From the NCBI GenBank assembly GCA_965369865.1, contig CBDURU010000015.1, positions 1-49,558 on the forward strand: a stretch of 49,558 nucleotides of DNA, in the 5' to 3' direction. The notes under the pieces were generated by a model. The model did no database searches and was not told the origin of the DNA. It was given only the letters and a program-made list of their open reading frames with translations. This stretch comes from an uncultured bacterium. Its GTDB lineage: Bacteria; JAJVIF01; JAPKYR01. Positions 1 through 9,405 of the stretch are shown piece by piece. The position numbers were made by a program, and so were the translations under genes. Position 1 is the stretch's first letter, and the number at the start of each line of letters is the position of its first letter.

Positions 1-143
1 ATCTTGTCTGTAGGGGCGTTGCTTGCTGCGCCCTATTTCCCCTTTTGCAACGGTCCCATATTAAATCAAGAAGCCTCTATTCATTAGAATCTTGTCTGTA
101 GGGGCGTTGCTTGCTGCGCCCTATTTCCCCTTTTGCTACGGTC
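1..143. repeat. Two direct copies (period 88 bp) of a 55-bp unit containing a GTAG-type REP-like hairpin
   Basis: 1-55 and 89-143 differ at one base; each holds GTAGGGGCG-ttgcttgctg-CGCCCTA; array may continue beyond the window edge. Confidence 0.9.
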
Positions 144-170
144 TTAAAAAAATACAAGAGGAGATCAGAC

Positions 171-557
171 ATGAGTTATTACATTAATCGTGAATTCGAT
201 GGGTCGTTCGATGACACTGTTACCAGTGTAAGGGAAGCCCTTGCGAAGGAGGGGTTCGGGGTTCTGACCGAAATCGATGTAAAGGCCACGCTCAGGAATA
301 AGCTCGATGTTGATTTTCAGAATTACATAATCCTTGGAGCATGCAACCCTCCGTTCGCGTACAAGGCATTAACGGCGGAGGATAAGATCGGATTGATGCT
401 CCCATGCAATGTAATAGTGCAGGAAACACCGGACGGGAAAATTGAGATTGCCGCAATCGATCCGGTAGCATCAATGATGGCTGTTGAAAACCTTGAGTTA
501 CATCCGATCGCTGTGGAAATACGAGGTAAACTCCAGGCGGTTATTGAAAGTTTGTAA
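171..557 (+). CDS. DUF302 domain protein
   Basis: GFGVLTEIDV..TL..KL, YIILGACNP, IGLMLPCNVIV motifs; GAGGAG RBS before ATG 171. Confidence 0.9.
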   Translation: MSYYINREFDGSFDDTVTSVREALAKEGFGVLTEIDVKATLRNKLDVDFQNYIILGACNPPFAYKALTAEDKIGLMLPCNVIVQETPDGKIEIAAIDPVASMMAVENLELHPIAVEIRGKLQAVIESL

Positions 558-569
558 ATACAGGCCGGT

Positions 570-1454
570 TTAACTTACCCATTTAACCGATTTGAATTTC
601 CTTGGTATTGTCCTGTTGAATGTCGATTTGGGATGTCCGACGATGAGGCATCCGATCACCTCGTTGTCCTTCGGGATTCCCAATTGTCCGCGGAGTTTTT
701 TATCCCGATCGATAACCGGAGGGATCATACCGACAATGCAACTGCCAAGTCCCAGGCCCTCAACGGCGATCATCGCGAATGTCGTCGCGATCAGGCAATT
801 TTCCCTGTAAGAAACCGCGTATTTACTTGAATGGAATAGAAGCATCGCCGGTGCGTCATAGGTGAGATTATCTACTCCCCTAATAGCTCCTTCCAGTATC
901 AGTTTCGCCAGTGGAATGATTTCGGTTTCCATCTGACGCATATTGTACTTCCCCATCATCAATCCCATAATTGGTTTGAATATTGGAGATGACATCCCCC
1001 CGATCCACATCTTGAATCCTTTATGGAACGATGGAAAAAGCGCCTGGATTTTCTCTTTGCCATTAACAACGATTATCTCGACACTGCTTGGTGGTACGCC
1101 CATCGGAGCGGTCGATGTGATCTCAAGGATCTTCTCGATATCTTTCTTTTCAACCGGTTTGTCGGTGTATCTCCGTGTTGAACGCCTTGCTTTCAGAAGT
1201 AATTCAAAATCGGCAAGGGTCGGGAGGGTGTCGGGGAGGTCGATGAATTCCACGTAATTGAAATCACCTGTCCGCATAGCCTGCGTTGGGCAAACCGACA
1301 TGCAGTGCCCGCAGAGAATGCATGACTTTACAGGATCGTCCACCAGCTGGATTTTATCTGCGATCAAGTCGAGATGACCTACCGGGCAGATCGCGACACA
1401 CCTCGAGCACCGTATGCATTTATCATGGTCAATAATATTCGAAGGTTCAGGCAT
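570..1454 (-). CDS. Nitroreductase family protein with N-terminal 2x[4Fe-4S] ferredoxin domain
   Basis: Two CxxCxxCxxxCP motifs, RRSTRRY FMN-binding motif, GLGSC and VGHP. Confidence 0.9.
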   Translation of the reverse strand: MPEPSNIIDHDKCIRCSRCVAICPVGHLDLIADKIQLVDDPVKSCILCGHCMSVCPTQAMRTGDFNYVEFIDLPDTLPTLADFELLLKARRSTRRYTDKPVEKKDIEKILEITSTAPMGVPPSSVEIIVVNGKEKIQALFPSFHKGFKMWIGGMSSPIFKPIMGLMMGKYNMRQMETEIIPLAKLILEGAIRGVDNLTYDAPAMLLFHSSKYAVSYRENCLIATTFAMIAVEGLGLGSCIVGMIPPVIDRDKKLRGQLGIPKDNEVIGCLIVGHPKSTFNRTIPRKFKSVKWVS

Positions 1455-1533
1455 TGTCCGGGGCCTCCTGTAATGAAGATTTTAAACAAATTTTAGTAAA
1501 TAAAACTTCTTTTAGGCTCCAGCTTCGCGAATC

Positions 1534-1607
1534 GGGGACACCTAGTTTTGCCTCTTGCACTTCCCGCAATACTTCACTCACCCCTTAAGGCAAAATCAGG
1601 TGTCCCC
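1534..1607. repeat. 20-bp imperfect inverted repeat (GGGGACA...TGTCCCC, REP-like)
   Basis: GGGGACACCTAGTTTTGCCT (1534-1553) vs AGGCAAAATCAGGTGTCCCC (1588-1607), 2 mismatches. Confidence 0.7.
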
Positions 1608-1847
1608 ATGATCCGAAAAAAAGAATTAATTTCTAAAATTGGTCTTATTGATTATATTGGAGCCTGGGGTTGAAATCAAAGAAAGAGCATTTAACTGTGC
1701 ATTTGTATCAGCCGGTTATAAAAAACGCCTCGCTCATCAGAGCGAGGTTGGGAGGTCGCAAAATTATACCAGGCATTAATCATTTTTAACCACTCCGGAT
1801 TGATTTACAGGTTTCCGGATGATTATGATTAAGTGAAAAATGAAAAT

Positions 1848-1937
1848 ACCGTAGAACAGCACGGCAGTGCGTCGAATGGCAACGCGTCGATAGGATTGCT
1901 TTAATGTGGAAGACGCACTGCCGTGCTGTTCTACGGT
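1848..1937. repeat. Perfect 26-bp inverted repeat, REPIN-like doublet
   Basis: ACCGTAGAACAGCACGGCAGTGCGTC (1848-1873) and its exact reverse complement (1912-1937), 38-bp spacer, GTAG near the ends. Confidence 0.85.
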
Positions 1938-1976
1938 TTGTCGTTTTTTCGATGGATAAAAAATGATTTGAAAATG

Positions 1977-3146
1977 TCAGCCCTCACACACAAGCAGACA
2001 GAAATAATCCTCATCGTTCCAATCCGTGAAACTCCAGACCTTAACCTCGATTTCAACAGTTGTCCTGTTCGGCACATTAAACCATACACCTGGTCTCGCA
2101 TCAGACTCTATATCCTCTGCCAGCATCCGCCAGCCATCAGACACACTGAGGTCCAGGTCTTCAATAAATGGGCCGCCCCTGGCAAATGCTGTGTAGTAGC
2201 CGCGCTCGAGGGTCAAAGTGAATGTCCTGGTGTCATTTATTTCATCTATTTCGGACATGATCGGGTTATGGCCCCTGCTCCACGCGAAATCATATAGGTC
2301 ATCCAGGCTGTTCTCTACAATTCTCCGGCATTCGTTCCTGGAATAATCATTGTCCCAGCCGAAATCGAAATCCCAGCGCCACTCCCAGTCGTTATAGCAG
2401 TCGTTCCAGTCGTCCCAGTCCCGGTTATAATCACCATCGTCGTAGCGGTCTCGGTCCCAGTCATCGTCCCAGTCGTCCCAATCATCATCCCAACGATCAC
2501 GATCACGGTCTCTGTCATCCCAGTCCCAGTCGTCCCAATCATCATCCCAGCGATCACGATCACGGCCCCAGTCATCCCGGTTATTCCTGCCACGGTGCCG
2601 ACCTCTATCGTGCCGATCATCCCGATCATCGTAATAATCGTCATCATGACGATCCCAGTTATCGTGCCGATCGCGATATCCACGGTCGCGGCGACCGTCA
2701 TACCCCCAGCCGCCCCATTCACGGGCAAGTACAAAACAGTAATAACCGGAACCGGCACGGCTTTCGAATTCAAACACATTCAGCCTGAATTCTATTTCCC
2801 CACCATCCCATAATTCGAATTCCACAACCGGATAGTTGTCCGACATAAAATCGCTCGCGATTTCACGTCCACGCCTATCGATCACTTCCATGTCCAGATC
2901 CTCGATACGAACTCCGCCTTCCGCATAGGCATGGTAAATACCCGGTTCGAGGTAAAAATATATGCTCCTGTCATGGCTGATCGTTTCTACCTCGACACCG
3001 ATGATTTCATAGTCGAGGTCTTCAGCGAACCGTATCCAGTTATCGAGGCGTTCTTCAATAAAGTCACGGCGTGTGTTTGCCATTGCCGGCAATGTCAATA
3101 TTAGAAATATCCCAATGAATGTCGCGATAAATTTTATTGTGCGCAT
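1977..3146 (-). CDS. Secreted protein: two homologous PPC-like beta domains separated by a D/R/W-rich low-complexity linker
   Basis: Signal peptide ending AMA; duplicated GG..IEDLD...D......D...D..P.V.F motif; AAGGAG RBS. Confidence 0.8.
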   Translation of the reverse strand: MRTIKFIATFIGIFLILTLPAMANTRRDFIEERLDNWIRFAEDLDYEIIGVEVETISHDRSIYFYLEPGIYHAYAEGGVRIEDLDMEVIDRRGREIASDFMSDNYPVVEFELWDGGEIEFRLNVFEFESRAGSGYYCFVLAREWGGWGYDGRRDRGYRDRHDNWDRHDDDYYDDRDDRHDRGRHRGRNNRDDWGRDRDRWDDDWDDWDWDDRDRDRDRWDDDWDDWDDDWDRDRYDDGDYNRDWDDWNDCYNDWEWRWDFDFGWDNDYSRNECRRIVENSLDDLYDFAWSRGHNPIMSEIDEINDTRTFTLTLERGYYTAFARGGPFIEDLDLSVSDGWRMLAEDIESDARPGVWFNVPNRTTVEIEVKVWSFTDWNDEDYFCLLVCEG

Positions 3147-3320
3147 GGCTTGGCTCCTTCTTAAATTCGCATGGTAACTACAGATCGAGTCTGTAATCTC
3201 TAATCTTGATTAAATAAAGGGGAGGGAAACCAGAAAAGAATTTCAGGTAAAAAGGGATATTAAAGTACATGCATCCGATTTTTTTGTTGTGTGTTTGACC
3301 GATTGGAAAGGATTTAACCG

Positions 3321-3596
3321 ATGGACCAGCAACTTGCCAAGGATATCACCAGCAAACTGAAGCAGAGAGGCGTCAGCGGCCAATGCCCGATGTGTGGAAA
3401 CACCAGGTTCTCGGTTAATGCTCTCGCGGAACGCGATGTGATCGAAAAAGTAGACGGGCTACTGGGCATCCTCAATAAACTGGATAAGAAGGGCACTCAC
3501 GAGCCGGTAAAGACCGTTATTACTTTCTGTACGAATTGCGGATTTGTCGCGGAGTTCGCGCTGAATGTAATTGAGGTTTTCTTAGAAAAGGAATGA
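3321..3596 (+). CDS. Small zinc-ribbon protein
   Basis: CPMCG and CTNCG pairs; GAAAGGA RBS. Confidence 0.7.
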   Translation: MDQQLAKDITSKLKQRGVSGQCPMCGNTRFSVNALAERDVIEKVDGLLGILNKLDKKGTHEPVKTVITFCTNCGFVAEFALNVIEVFLEKE

Positions 3597-3684
3597 TTTC
3601 GAGTCTGTTTATACGAACGTTTCAATTTATCTTACCGCTTATTAAATTAACCGGAACCAGAGAATTTGTTGTAATATTGTCAGG

Positions 3685-4458
3685 ATGTCTGAAATCCTTA
3701 ATCCTCAAGGCACATTTTCCGATTTGTCAGTAATTATCACGGGAGCTACCCGTGGTATCGGCGCGGGCATAGCCGAAAAACTGTCTCTGATGGCCAACAG
3801 CCTGACATTAGGATACATCGAGGGTGATGACACAGCTTCAGCACTCCTCGATAAACTGAAAAAAAATAATCCAAACGTGATCGTCCACAAGGATGACCTG
3901 TCCACGCGGGAAGGCGCCAGGGGAATCACCAGTGCGGCATTAGAGAATTTCGGCAGGATTGATGTGCTTGTCGGCAACCTGGGACCGTTTCTTTACAGGG
4001 ATATCTTTGGAACCTCGGCCGATGAATGGGATTCAATGATCGCAACCAACCTGTCCTCGCATTTCTATCTCGTGAAAGAACTCCTGCCGGGAATGCGGGA
4101 ACGGAGTAAAGGTAATTTTATTTTTATCGGCGGTACAGGAAGCGGCCAGGTCACAGGACACCCGAAATCCGCCGCCTACAACGCTGCCAAGGTCGGACTG
4201 GCTGAATTCATGAAATCCCTCGCGGTTGAGGAAGCATCGAATGGAATCAGGTCCAATATGATTGCTCCCGGGGTTATTGATAACGGCGAATACTCGAATG
4301 GATTCAGGGATCGAATTGTAAATGAAATCCCTATGGGTAAAATTGGAGAGCCAGCCGATATCGCAAACGCCGTTGCGTGGTTGATCTCCGAAGAATCGCG
4401 CTATGTAACCGGTACAGTTATTGATGTCAGCGGCGGGTATCATCTCGTACGGGGATGA
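3685..4458 (+). CDS. SDR family oxidoreductase (FabG-like)
   Basis: TGATRGIG, YNAAK catalytic motif, IAPG, YVTG..IDVSGG. Confidence 0.9.
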   Translation: MSEILNPQGTFSDLSVIITGATRGIGAGIAEKLSLMANSLTLGYIEGDDTASALLDKLKKNNPNVIVHKDDLSTREGARGITSAALENFGRIDVLVGNLGPFLYRDIFGTSADEWDSMIATNLSSHFYLVKELLPGMRERSKGNFIFIGGTGSGQVTGHPKSAAYNAAKVGLAEFMKSLAVEEASNGIRSNMIAPGVIDNGEYSNGFRDRIVNEIPMGKIGEPADIANAVAWLISEESRYVTGTVIDVSGGYHLVRG

Positions 4459-4513
4459 TGGATGATTTATAATTCATCCTTGATATAAATATCTTGTCAT
4501 AAAGAGGAAAAAT

Positions 4514-5155
4514 ATGCGACGAGTGCTCTTATTTGCGATAATTACATCCTTAATCCTTCTCAACACACCATCTTACGGCCGCGATTTCACCCGCGACGAT
4601 TTCGATCCGCCCGATCCCGACCAGGTTGAAGATTATCGTTTTGCGGTGATCGACCTGATTGAGGAATTGACGCTAACCGCGGTTGATGACGACGGGAACA
4701 CCCTGTTCAGTGTGACACCCTTCCCTGTAGAGCTTGTCGCATTGATGACCCAGCTCGACATCCACAAGTTCAATATTACGGACCCTGATGAGCTTGACGA
4801 ACTTATCGCGAGGAAAAATTATTTCAAACCGGCACCGAACACATTCGCCTTCGTCCTTGATGGCGATCCGGGCTGGGTGAATAGTGAAGTTTACATGTTT
4901 TACTACCCCGAAGATGGATCCGACCCGGTTCAACTGTATCTGCATCAGGTCGAAAGTGACTCGCCAGGGGATATCCCCGAGGTAACGACCTGGGCGCTTC
5001 TGATCGGGGACCTTGAAGAACTCGAGGCGTTTCTTGCCGCCCCGGATGTGATACTAGCGATATGGAACGAAGAAATAGACCCCGATCCGATAATCCTTGA
5101 TTGCGGTTACTGGCGCCTGTGGGCCCTTTTCGATTTAAGGGACCTGGAAGAATAA
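4514..5155 (+). CDS. Secreted hypothetical acidic protein
   Basis: Signal peptide, AGAGGA RBS, 213-aa ORF. Confidence 0.7.
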   Translation: MRRVLLFAIITSLILLNTPSYGRDFTRDDFDPPDPDQVEDYRFAVIDLIEELTLTAVDDDGNTLFSVTPFPVELVALMTQLDIHKFNITDPDELDELIARKNYFKPAPNTFAFVLDGDPGWVNSEVYMFYYPEDGSDPVQLYLHQVESDSPGDIPEVTTWALLIGDLEELEAFLAAPDVILAIWNEEIDPDPIILDCGYWRLWALFDLRDLEE

Positions 5156-5200
5156 GGCCGCCTACGCTAAATCCCACCTCATTCCTGCTATAATTCACAC

Positions 5201-6172
5201 GTGGCGCTTTCATCCGCACATGCAGTAATCGTTCTCGCAGGGCTGGTCGCATTTGCAGTATGCCTGGTGACTTCCCCGGCTATAATCAGGTTCGCGAAAA
5301 AACGCGGCGTAATGGACAAGCCCGACGGCCGTAAAATGCACAAAGTTCCGGTTCCCACGCTTGGAGGAACCGCGGTGTTCGCCGGAGTTATCGCATCGGT
5401 ATTTGTTTGTTTCCGATTCCTCCCCACGGAACTGAGTCCCACCGAAATTTACGCGGTGATGGGCATTTCCCTTGGCGCAGCATTGAGTTTTATTATCGGG
5501 TTGTTTGATGATCTTTTCGGGCTGAAGCCATCGCGGAAATTCCTGTTCCAGGTTTTAATCGCCGGCGGTGGGATTTTATTCGGCATTAAAATCGAGTTTT
5601 TAACCGGGATCGGTGTCGATTATTTTTTCCTTAACCCGTTCCTGACCGTGATTCTGACTATCGTCTGGATAACAGCCCTTATGAACGCGGTAAACCTGAT
5701 CGACGGGCTGGACGGGCTGGCATCGGGGATCACATCAATCGCGGCACTGGCTTTTTTAATACTTGCGTTGATACAGGGCCAGATACCCGCCGCGCTCCTG
5801 TCAGCCGCGGTTCTCGGTTCAACCCTCGGGTTCCTTCCCTTCAATTTTCATCCCGCGAAAATTTTCCTCGGTGACGCCGGAAGCATGATGCTCGGGTATC
5901 TTCTCGCAACAATTTCAATCCTCGGCCCCTTCAAAACCACTACGGCATTAACCGTTGTACTTCCGATCCTGATTCTCGGCCTTCCGCTGTTCGATACTTC
6001 CTGGGCGATTCTCAGGAGAACGGTAGCGGGTCGGAAGGTGTCGGAAGCGGACAATGAGCATGTCCATCACCAACTGGAAAAGAGCCGCCTTGGCCACAGG
6101 GGAACCGTCCTTGTGTTGTATGGTGTAGCTGCAATTCTGGCAATTATTGCTGTGGTAATCGGCAGCAGGTAG
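5201..6172 (+). CDS. Undecaprenyl-phosphate GlcNAc-1-phosphate transferase (WecA/TagO, MraY family)
   Basis: DKPDGRKMH, PTLGG, GLFDD, NLIDGLDGL, IFLGDAGS, EHVHH; many TM helices. Confidence 0.9.
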   Translation: MALSSAHAVIVLAGLVAFAVCLVTSPAIIRFAKKRGVMDKPDGRKMHKVPVPTLGGTAVFAGVIASVFVCFRFLPTELSPTEIYAVMGISLGAALSFIIGLFDDLFGLKPSRKFLFQVLIAGGGILFGIKIEFLTGIGVDYFFLNPFLTVILTIVWITALMNAVNLIDGLDGLASGITSIAALAFLILALIQGQIPAALLSAAVLGSTLGFLPFNFHPAKIFLGDAGSMMLGYLLATISILGPFKTTTALTVVLPILILGLPLFDTSWAILRRTVAGRKVSEADNEHVHHQLEKSRLGHRGTVLVLYGVAAILAIIAVVIGSR

Positions 6173-6212
6173 GTTGCACCGGGTCATTTGCTGAGCTGAA
6201 TTCAAAGCAAAT

Positions 6213-6851
6213 TTACCATTCTTTGGGCTTACTTATTGAGCCCCATTTCCCAACGAGTGGGTCAGGAAACTGTGCAAGACGGTAAATATCATGTGGAAGC
6301 CATCTGACTTTATGCGCGACTGATTTCCAATCCGGCGGTCGCCGTTTTACTTCCAGATCATGGGAAGGAATGTAAACAATGATTGGCTTTTTATTTTTGG
6401 TTTCTTTCCTGATCATTCTCAGAGCAGGTACTAGATCAGTGTCATTACTGAAAAGCACCAAATTATCGAATCTGTCATGGTAAGCGTCTGCCAGCATTTG
6501 CACAGCAATACTTACATCGGTCTGTTTCTCCTGTGCAATTGAATACTTTATTGCTGGCTTTGTCCAATGGTTGGAAATTTGATGCGACTTACGCCTTACT
6601 TTGATCTTCCCGTATATAACCTTAATGAGTTTTCTTGTATTTAATGCCCTGATGTACTCCCGTTGCCTGTCCCTCGATAAGCCTTTAACCTTAGCTGTGA
6701 AATAATATATTTTTTTGATGGTGTCATCTGTCCTGAGCATTTGAACGTACTTTTCAAGGTCTGTCCACTTATATTTTTTCAGGGAACCATGCTTCAGCAT
6801 TCCATAGTAAACATTAAACCCATCCACATACGCAATAGTTCGACCAGCCAT
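6213..6851 (-). CDS. NYN (LabA/DUF88, PIN-fold) domain putative ribonuclease
   Basis: YVDGFNVYY, EKQTDVSIA..ML.DA, LFSNDTDLVPAL acidic catalytic motifs; GGAGG RBS. Confidence 0.9.
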   Translation of the reverse strand: MAGRTIAYVDGFNVYYGMLKHGSLKKYKWTDLEKYVQMLRTDDTIKKIYYFTAKVKGLSRDRQREYIRALNTRKLIKVIYGKIKVRRKSHQISNHWTKPAIKYSIAQEKQTDVSIAVQMLADAYHDRFDNLVLFSNDTDLVPALRMIRKETKNKKPIIVYIPSHDLEVKRRPPDWKSVAHKVRWLPHDIYRLAQFPDPLVGKWGSISKPKEW

Positions 6852-6868
6852 GTCAACCTCCGACTTTT

Positions 6869-6935
6869 AAAAAAAAGGCAGCCTTATAGACTGCCTGTGC
6901 AATGATCCAAGTTAATGAACCATTTTAGAGTAGTG
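6869..6935 (-). ncRNA. Putative small RNA, copy A (two hairpins, terminator) directly upstream of NYN gene
   Basis: ACUCUA-AAUGGUUC/GGAUCAUU hairpin, then AGGCAGUC-UAUAA-GGCUGCCU + U8; TTGACT-17-TATATA upstream (6969-6941). Confidence 0.6.
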
Positions 6936-7098
6936 GAAGATATATATCACAGACGTTGTGGTGAGTCAAGGAGGAATGCCTGCACGTATTTATTATTATT
7001 CAGAATTGACGTTCTTCCAAATCCAAAGATAAAAATGACAATTGACATTAAAAATTGTCAAAAATAAAGCTGATGATAATTTGGAAAACTAAGAAAAT

Positions 7099-7165
7099 AA
7101 AAGAGAGGTAGCCATGTAGACTACCTGTATAATGGGCTTCACAATGAAACCCATCGTAGAGTTGT
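7099..7165 (-). ncRNA. Putative small RNA, copy B (homologue of copy A)
   Basis: ACUCUA-GAUGGGUUUC/GAAGCCCAUU hairpin, then AGGUAGUC-UACAU-GGCUACCU + pyrimidine/U tract; TTGACA...TATATAAT upstream (7200-7170). Confidence 0.6.
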
Positions 7166-7421
7166 ACTTATTATATACACTACAAGTACCTCAATGTCAA
7201 TATTAGTTGGGCATTTTTTAAAATTATTTATAATCCTTTTGACAGTCATTTGGTCTTATTAAGAACAGACGTCCTGAATTTTCTATCGGTCATCTACTTA
7301 GCATATGTTCGTAGATTCTTATTTAATACTCCTTATCCCGAGCAACATAAATTCCAATTAAGAAGAACCATCCCTGTGCTGCCGACATTAATTATAGGCG
7401 TAAAGCCTTCTGGAGCACAGT

Positions 7422-8000
7422 ATGCGTACTTTTAGATCGTACCTGATAAATATTTACTCCTTTATCGGAATTATCGTCGCGTTCGCTTTTCTCATAGTGC
7501 TTTCCGGCTACCTGTTCGGATGGATTACACCCGAGACAATCACTGCGTCTCTCGCCTATAAAGCCAACCAGGTTGAAGCTTCAAGGCCGGCCTGGTGGCT
7601 CGTCTCTATTTGGGGCTGGATTTTCGCCATCTGGACAGCAGGATACATAATGAAAACGGGTGTACACGAGCCGATCTCAATCAGCGAAGATGATAACGGA
7701 ACTGTTGAGGTTACGCCGGAAGCGCTCTGTAACCTGGCAAAAGCGGAACTGAAATCCCAGGGAATGCCCAGGCCCCTGAAAGCCGACTTCACACGTAAAC
7801 TTGGATCTCCAATGCTCCAGGTCTGGGTCGATTTGACATGCGGAATCGGCGGCGACGGCCCTGTCGTGCTCGGCGAAAAATTAAAGAAATCCATCGAGGA
7901 ACGGCTGCATAAGGATTTCAACCTCGACGGAATTCGGGTAGCCGTTATTCACCAGCCCGGACCCCGTTCGAAACATTCAACACAACCGGTTTCATCCTGA
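7422..8000 (+). CDS. Membrane protein, possibly AmaP-like (two TM helices + Asp23-like C-terminal domain)
   Basis: Two N-terminal hydrophobic helices, NGTVEVT..AL..L motif; family call tentative. Confidence 0.6.
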   Translation: MRTFRSYLINIYSFIGIIVAFAFLIVLSGYLFGWITPETITASLAYKANQVEASRPAWWLVSIWGWIFAIWTAGYIMKTGVHEPISISEDDNGTVEVTPEALCNLAKAELKSQGMPRPLKADFTRKLGSPMLQVWVDLTCGIGGDGPVVLGEKLKKSIEERLHKDFNLDGIRVAVIHQPGPRSKHSTQPVSS

Positions 8001-8024
8001 AATTATTCGAATCCATCGGTAATT

Positions 8025-8055
8025 AAAATTCCGGTCCGACCTGCCGGGATTTTTT
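8025..8055 (+). terminator. Intrinsic terminator
   Basis: AAAATTCCGG...CCGGGATTTTTT after stop at 8000. Confidence 0.6.
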
Positions 8056-8092
8056 AATGTCTCAGCCACCATAAAAATAGTACAATCCCATC

Positions 8093-9019
8093 ATGAAAAT
8101 CCTTATCTCAGGTTCATCCGGATTTATCGGTTCGGCACTTGTATCCGACTGGCTCAGGCAGGGGCATTCCGTATGCAGACTCGTCCGGTCTCACGCACTT
8201 TTGAATGACGAAACCGCGTTATGGGATCCTGAAAACGATACAATCGACCTGCCGAAACTCGAATGGATGGCCAGTGACGAAGGCTACCGGGCGGTTGTGA
8301 ATCTCTCGGGGCAGAACCTGTTCAAAGAACGATGGACGACGGAAAGTAAAAAACGATTATGGAACTCAAGGATCAAGAGCACCTGGCTTCTTGCGAAAAC
8401 AATCGCCAGCTTACAAATCAAACCGCTGGTTTATTTAAGCGCTTCGGCAACGGGTTACTACGGTGATCGAGGCGACGAAATTCTAAGCGAGGAATCCGAG
8501 CCGCCTATGGGTGGAGTCAGTTTTCTCGCCGACCTGGCCCGTGAATGGGAGAAAATGGCAGTACCCGCTATGGATGCCGGGATCCGGGTTGTCAATCTCC
8601 GATTCGGAATTGTCCTTGGAACCGAGGGCGGCATGTTAAAACGTATACGAATCCCTTTTAAAATCGGACTTGGCGCACCGCTTGGCGAAGGCACCCAGTA
8701 CATGAGCTGGGTCACGATTAACGATACAATACGAGCGGTTAACCATATAATCGCGACCGAAAGCATCGGTGGACCTGTGAACCTGGCTTCCCCTAATCCC
8801 GTTACAAACCTCGATTTCACGCGTATCATTGGCTATCATTTTAAAGCCCCGGTTTTCATGCATGCCCCTCCATTCCTGCTGAGATTGATTTTCGGCGAGG
8901 CTGCGGATGAAATACTCCTGGCAGGCCAGAGGGTGTCGCCGGTGAAACTTCACATGAACGGGTTCAAATTCCGTCACACAAAACTGGAACAATCGCTGAG
9001 GTATTTACTGGGTGGGTGA
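8093..9019 (+). CDS. TIGR01777/YfcH-type NAD-dependent epimerase family protein
   Basis: ISGSSGFIG, SASATGYYG, RFGIVLG..GG, G.Q.MSW, GF.F....LE..L. Confidence 0.9.
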   Translation: MKILISGSSGFIGSALVSDWLRQGHSVCRLVRSHALLNDETALWDPENDTIDLPKLEWMASDEGYRAVVNLSGQNLFKERWTTESKKRLWNSRIKSTWLLAKTIASLQIKPLVYLSASATGYYGDRGDEILSEESEPPMGGVSFLADLAREWEKMAVPAMDAGIRVVNLRFGIVLGTEGGMLKRIRIPFKIGLGAPLGEGTQYMSWVTINDTIRAVNHIIATESIGGPVNLASPNPVTNLDFTRIIGYHFKAPVFMHAPPFLLRLIFGEAADEILLAGQRVSPVKLHMNGFKFRHTKLEQSLRYLLGG

Positions 9020-9121
9020 GACGCATGCGATACTGCAGCCGGCACTATCTTTTTGCCTGCCATAATCACGAAACATCCTGATAACGCGTGCTGTCAACCT
9101 AAACGCGTGGCGTCAACAGAA

Positions 9122-9405
9122 ACGCGTGGCGTCGACACGCTGAGTGAGACATCCCCAACCCGCGCGCCTGGAAAATCTCCGGGTCGAACGTGCTTGTCGA
9201 TGTGAATTACAAATAACCCTATACGCGTGGCGGCGACACGCTGAGAGAGACATCTCCAACCCGCGCGCCTGGAAAATCTCCGGGTCGAACGTGCTTGTCG
9301 ACGTGAATTACAAATAACACTATACGCGTGGCGTCGACACGCTGAGTGAGACATCTCCATACCGCAAGCCTGGAAAATCTCCGTGTCGAACGTGCTTGTC
9401 GACGT
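9122..9405. repeat. Tandem repeat, about 3 copies of a 101-bp unit
   Basis: Units start at 9122, 9223, 9324 (ACGCGTGGCGTCGACACGCTGAGTGAGACAT...CGTGCTTGTCGAC); short partial copies at 9083 and 9102. Confidence 0.95.

Noticed and set aside
2315..2813. Repetitive alternative-frame ORFs (2315-2779 -, 2595-2813 +)
   Set aside because: By-products of the micro-repeats encoding the D/R/W linker of 1977-3146
9122..9405. CRISPR array
   Set aside because: Whole 101-bp units are repeated with no unique spacers, and there are no cas genes in the window
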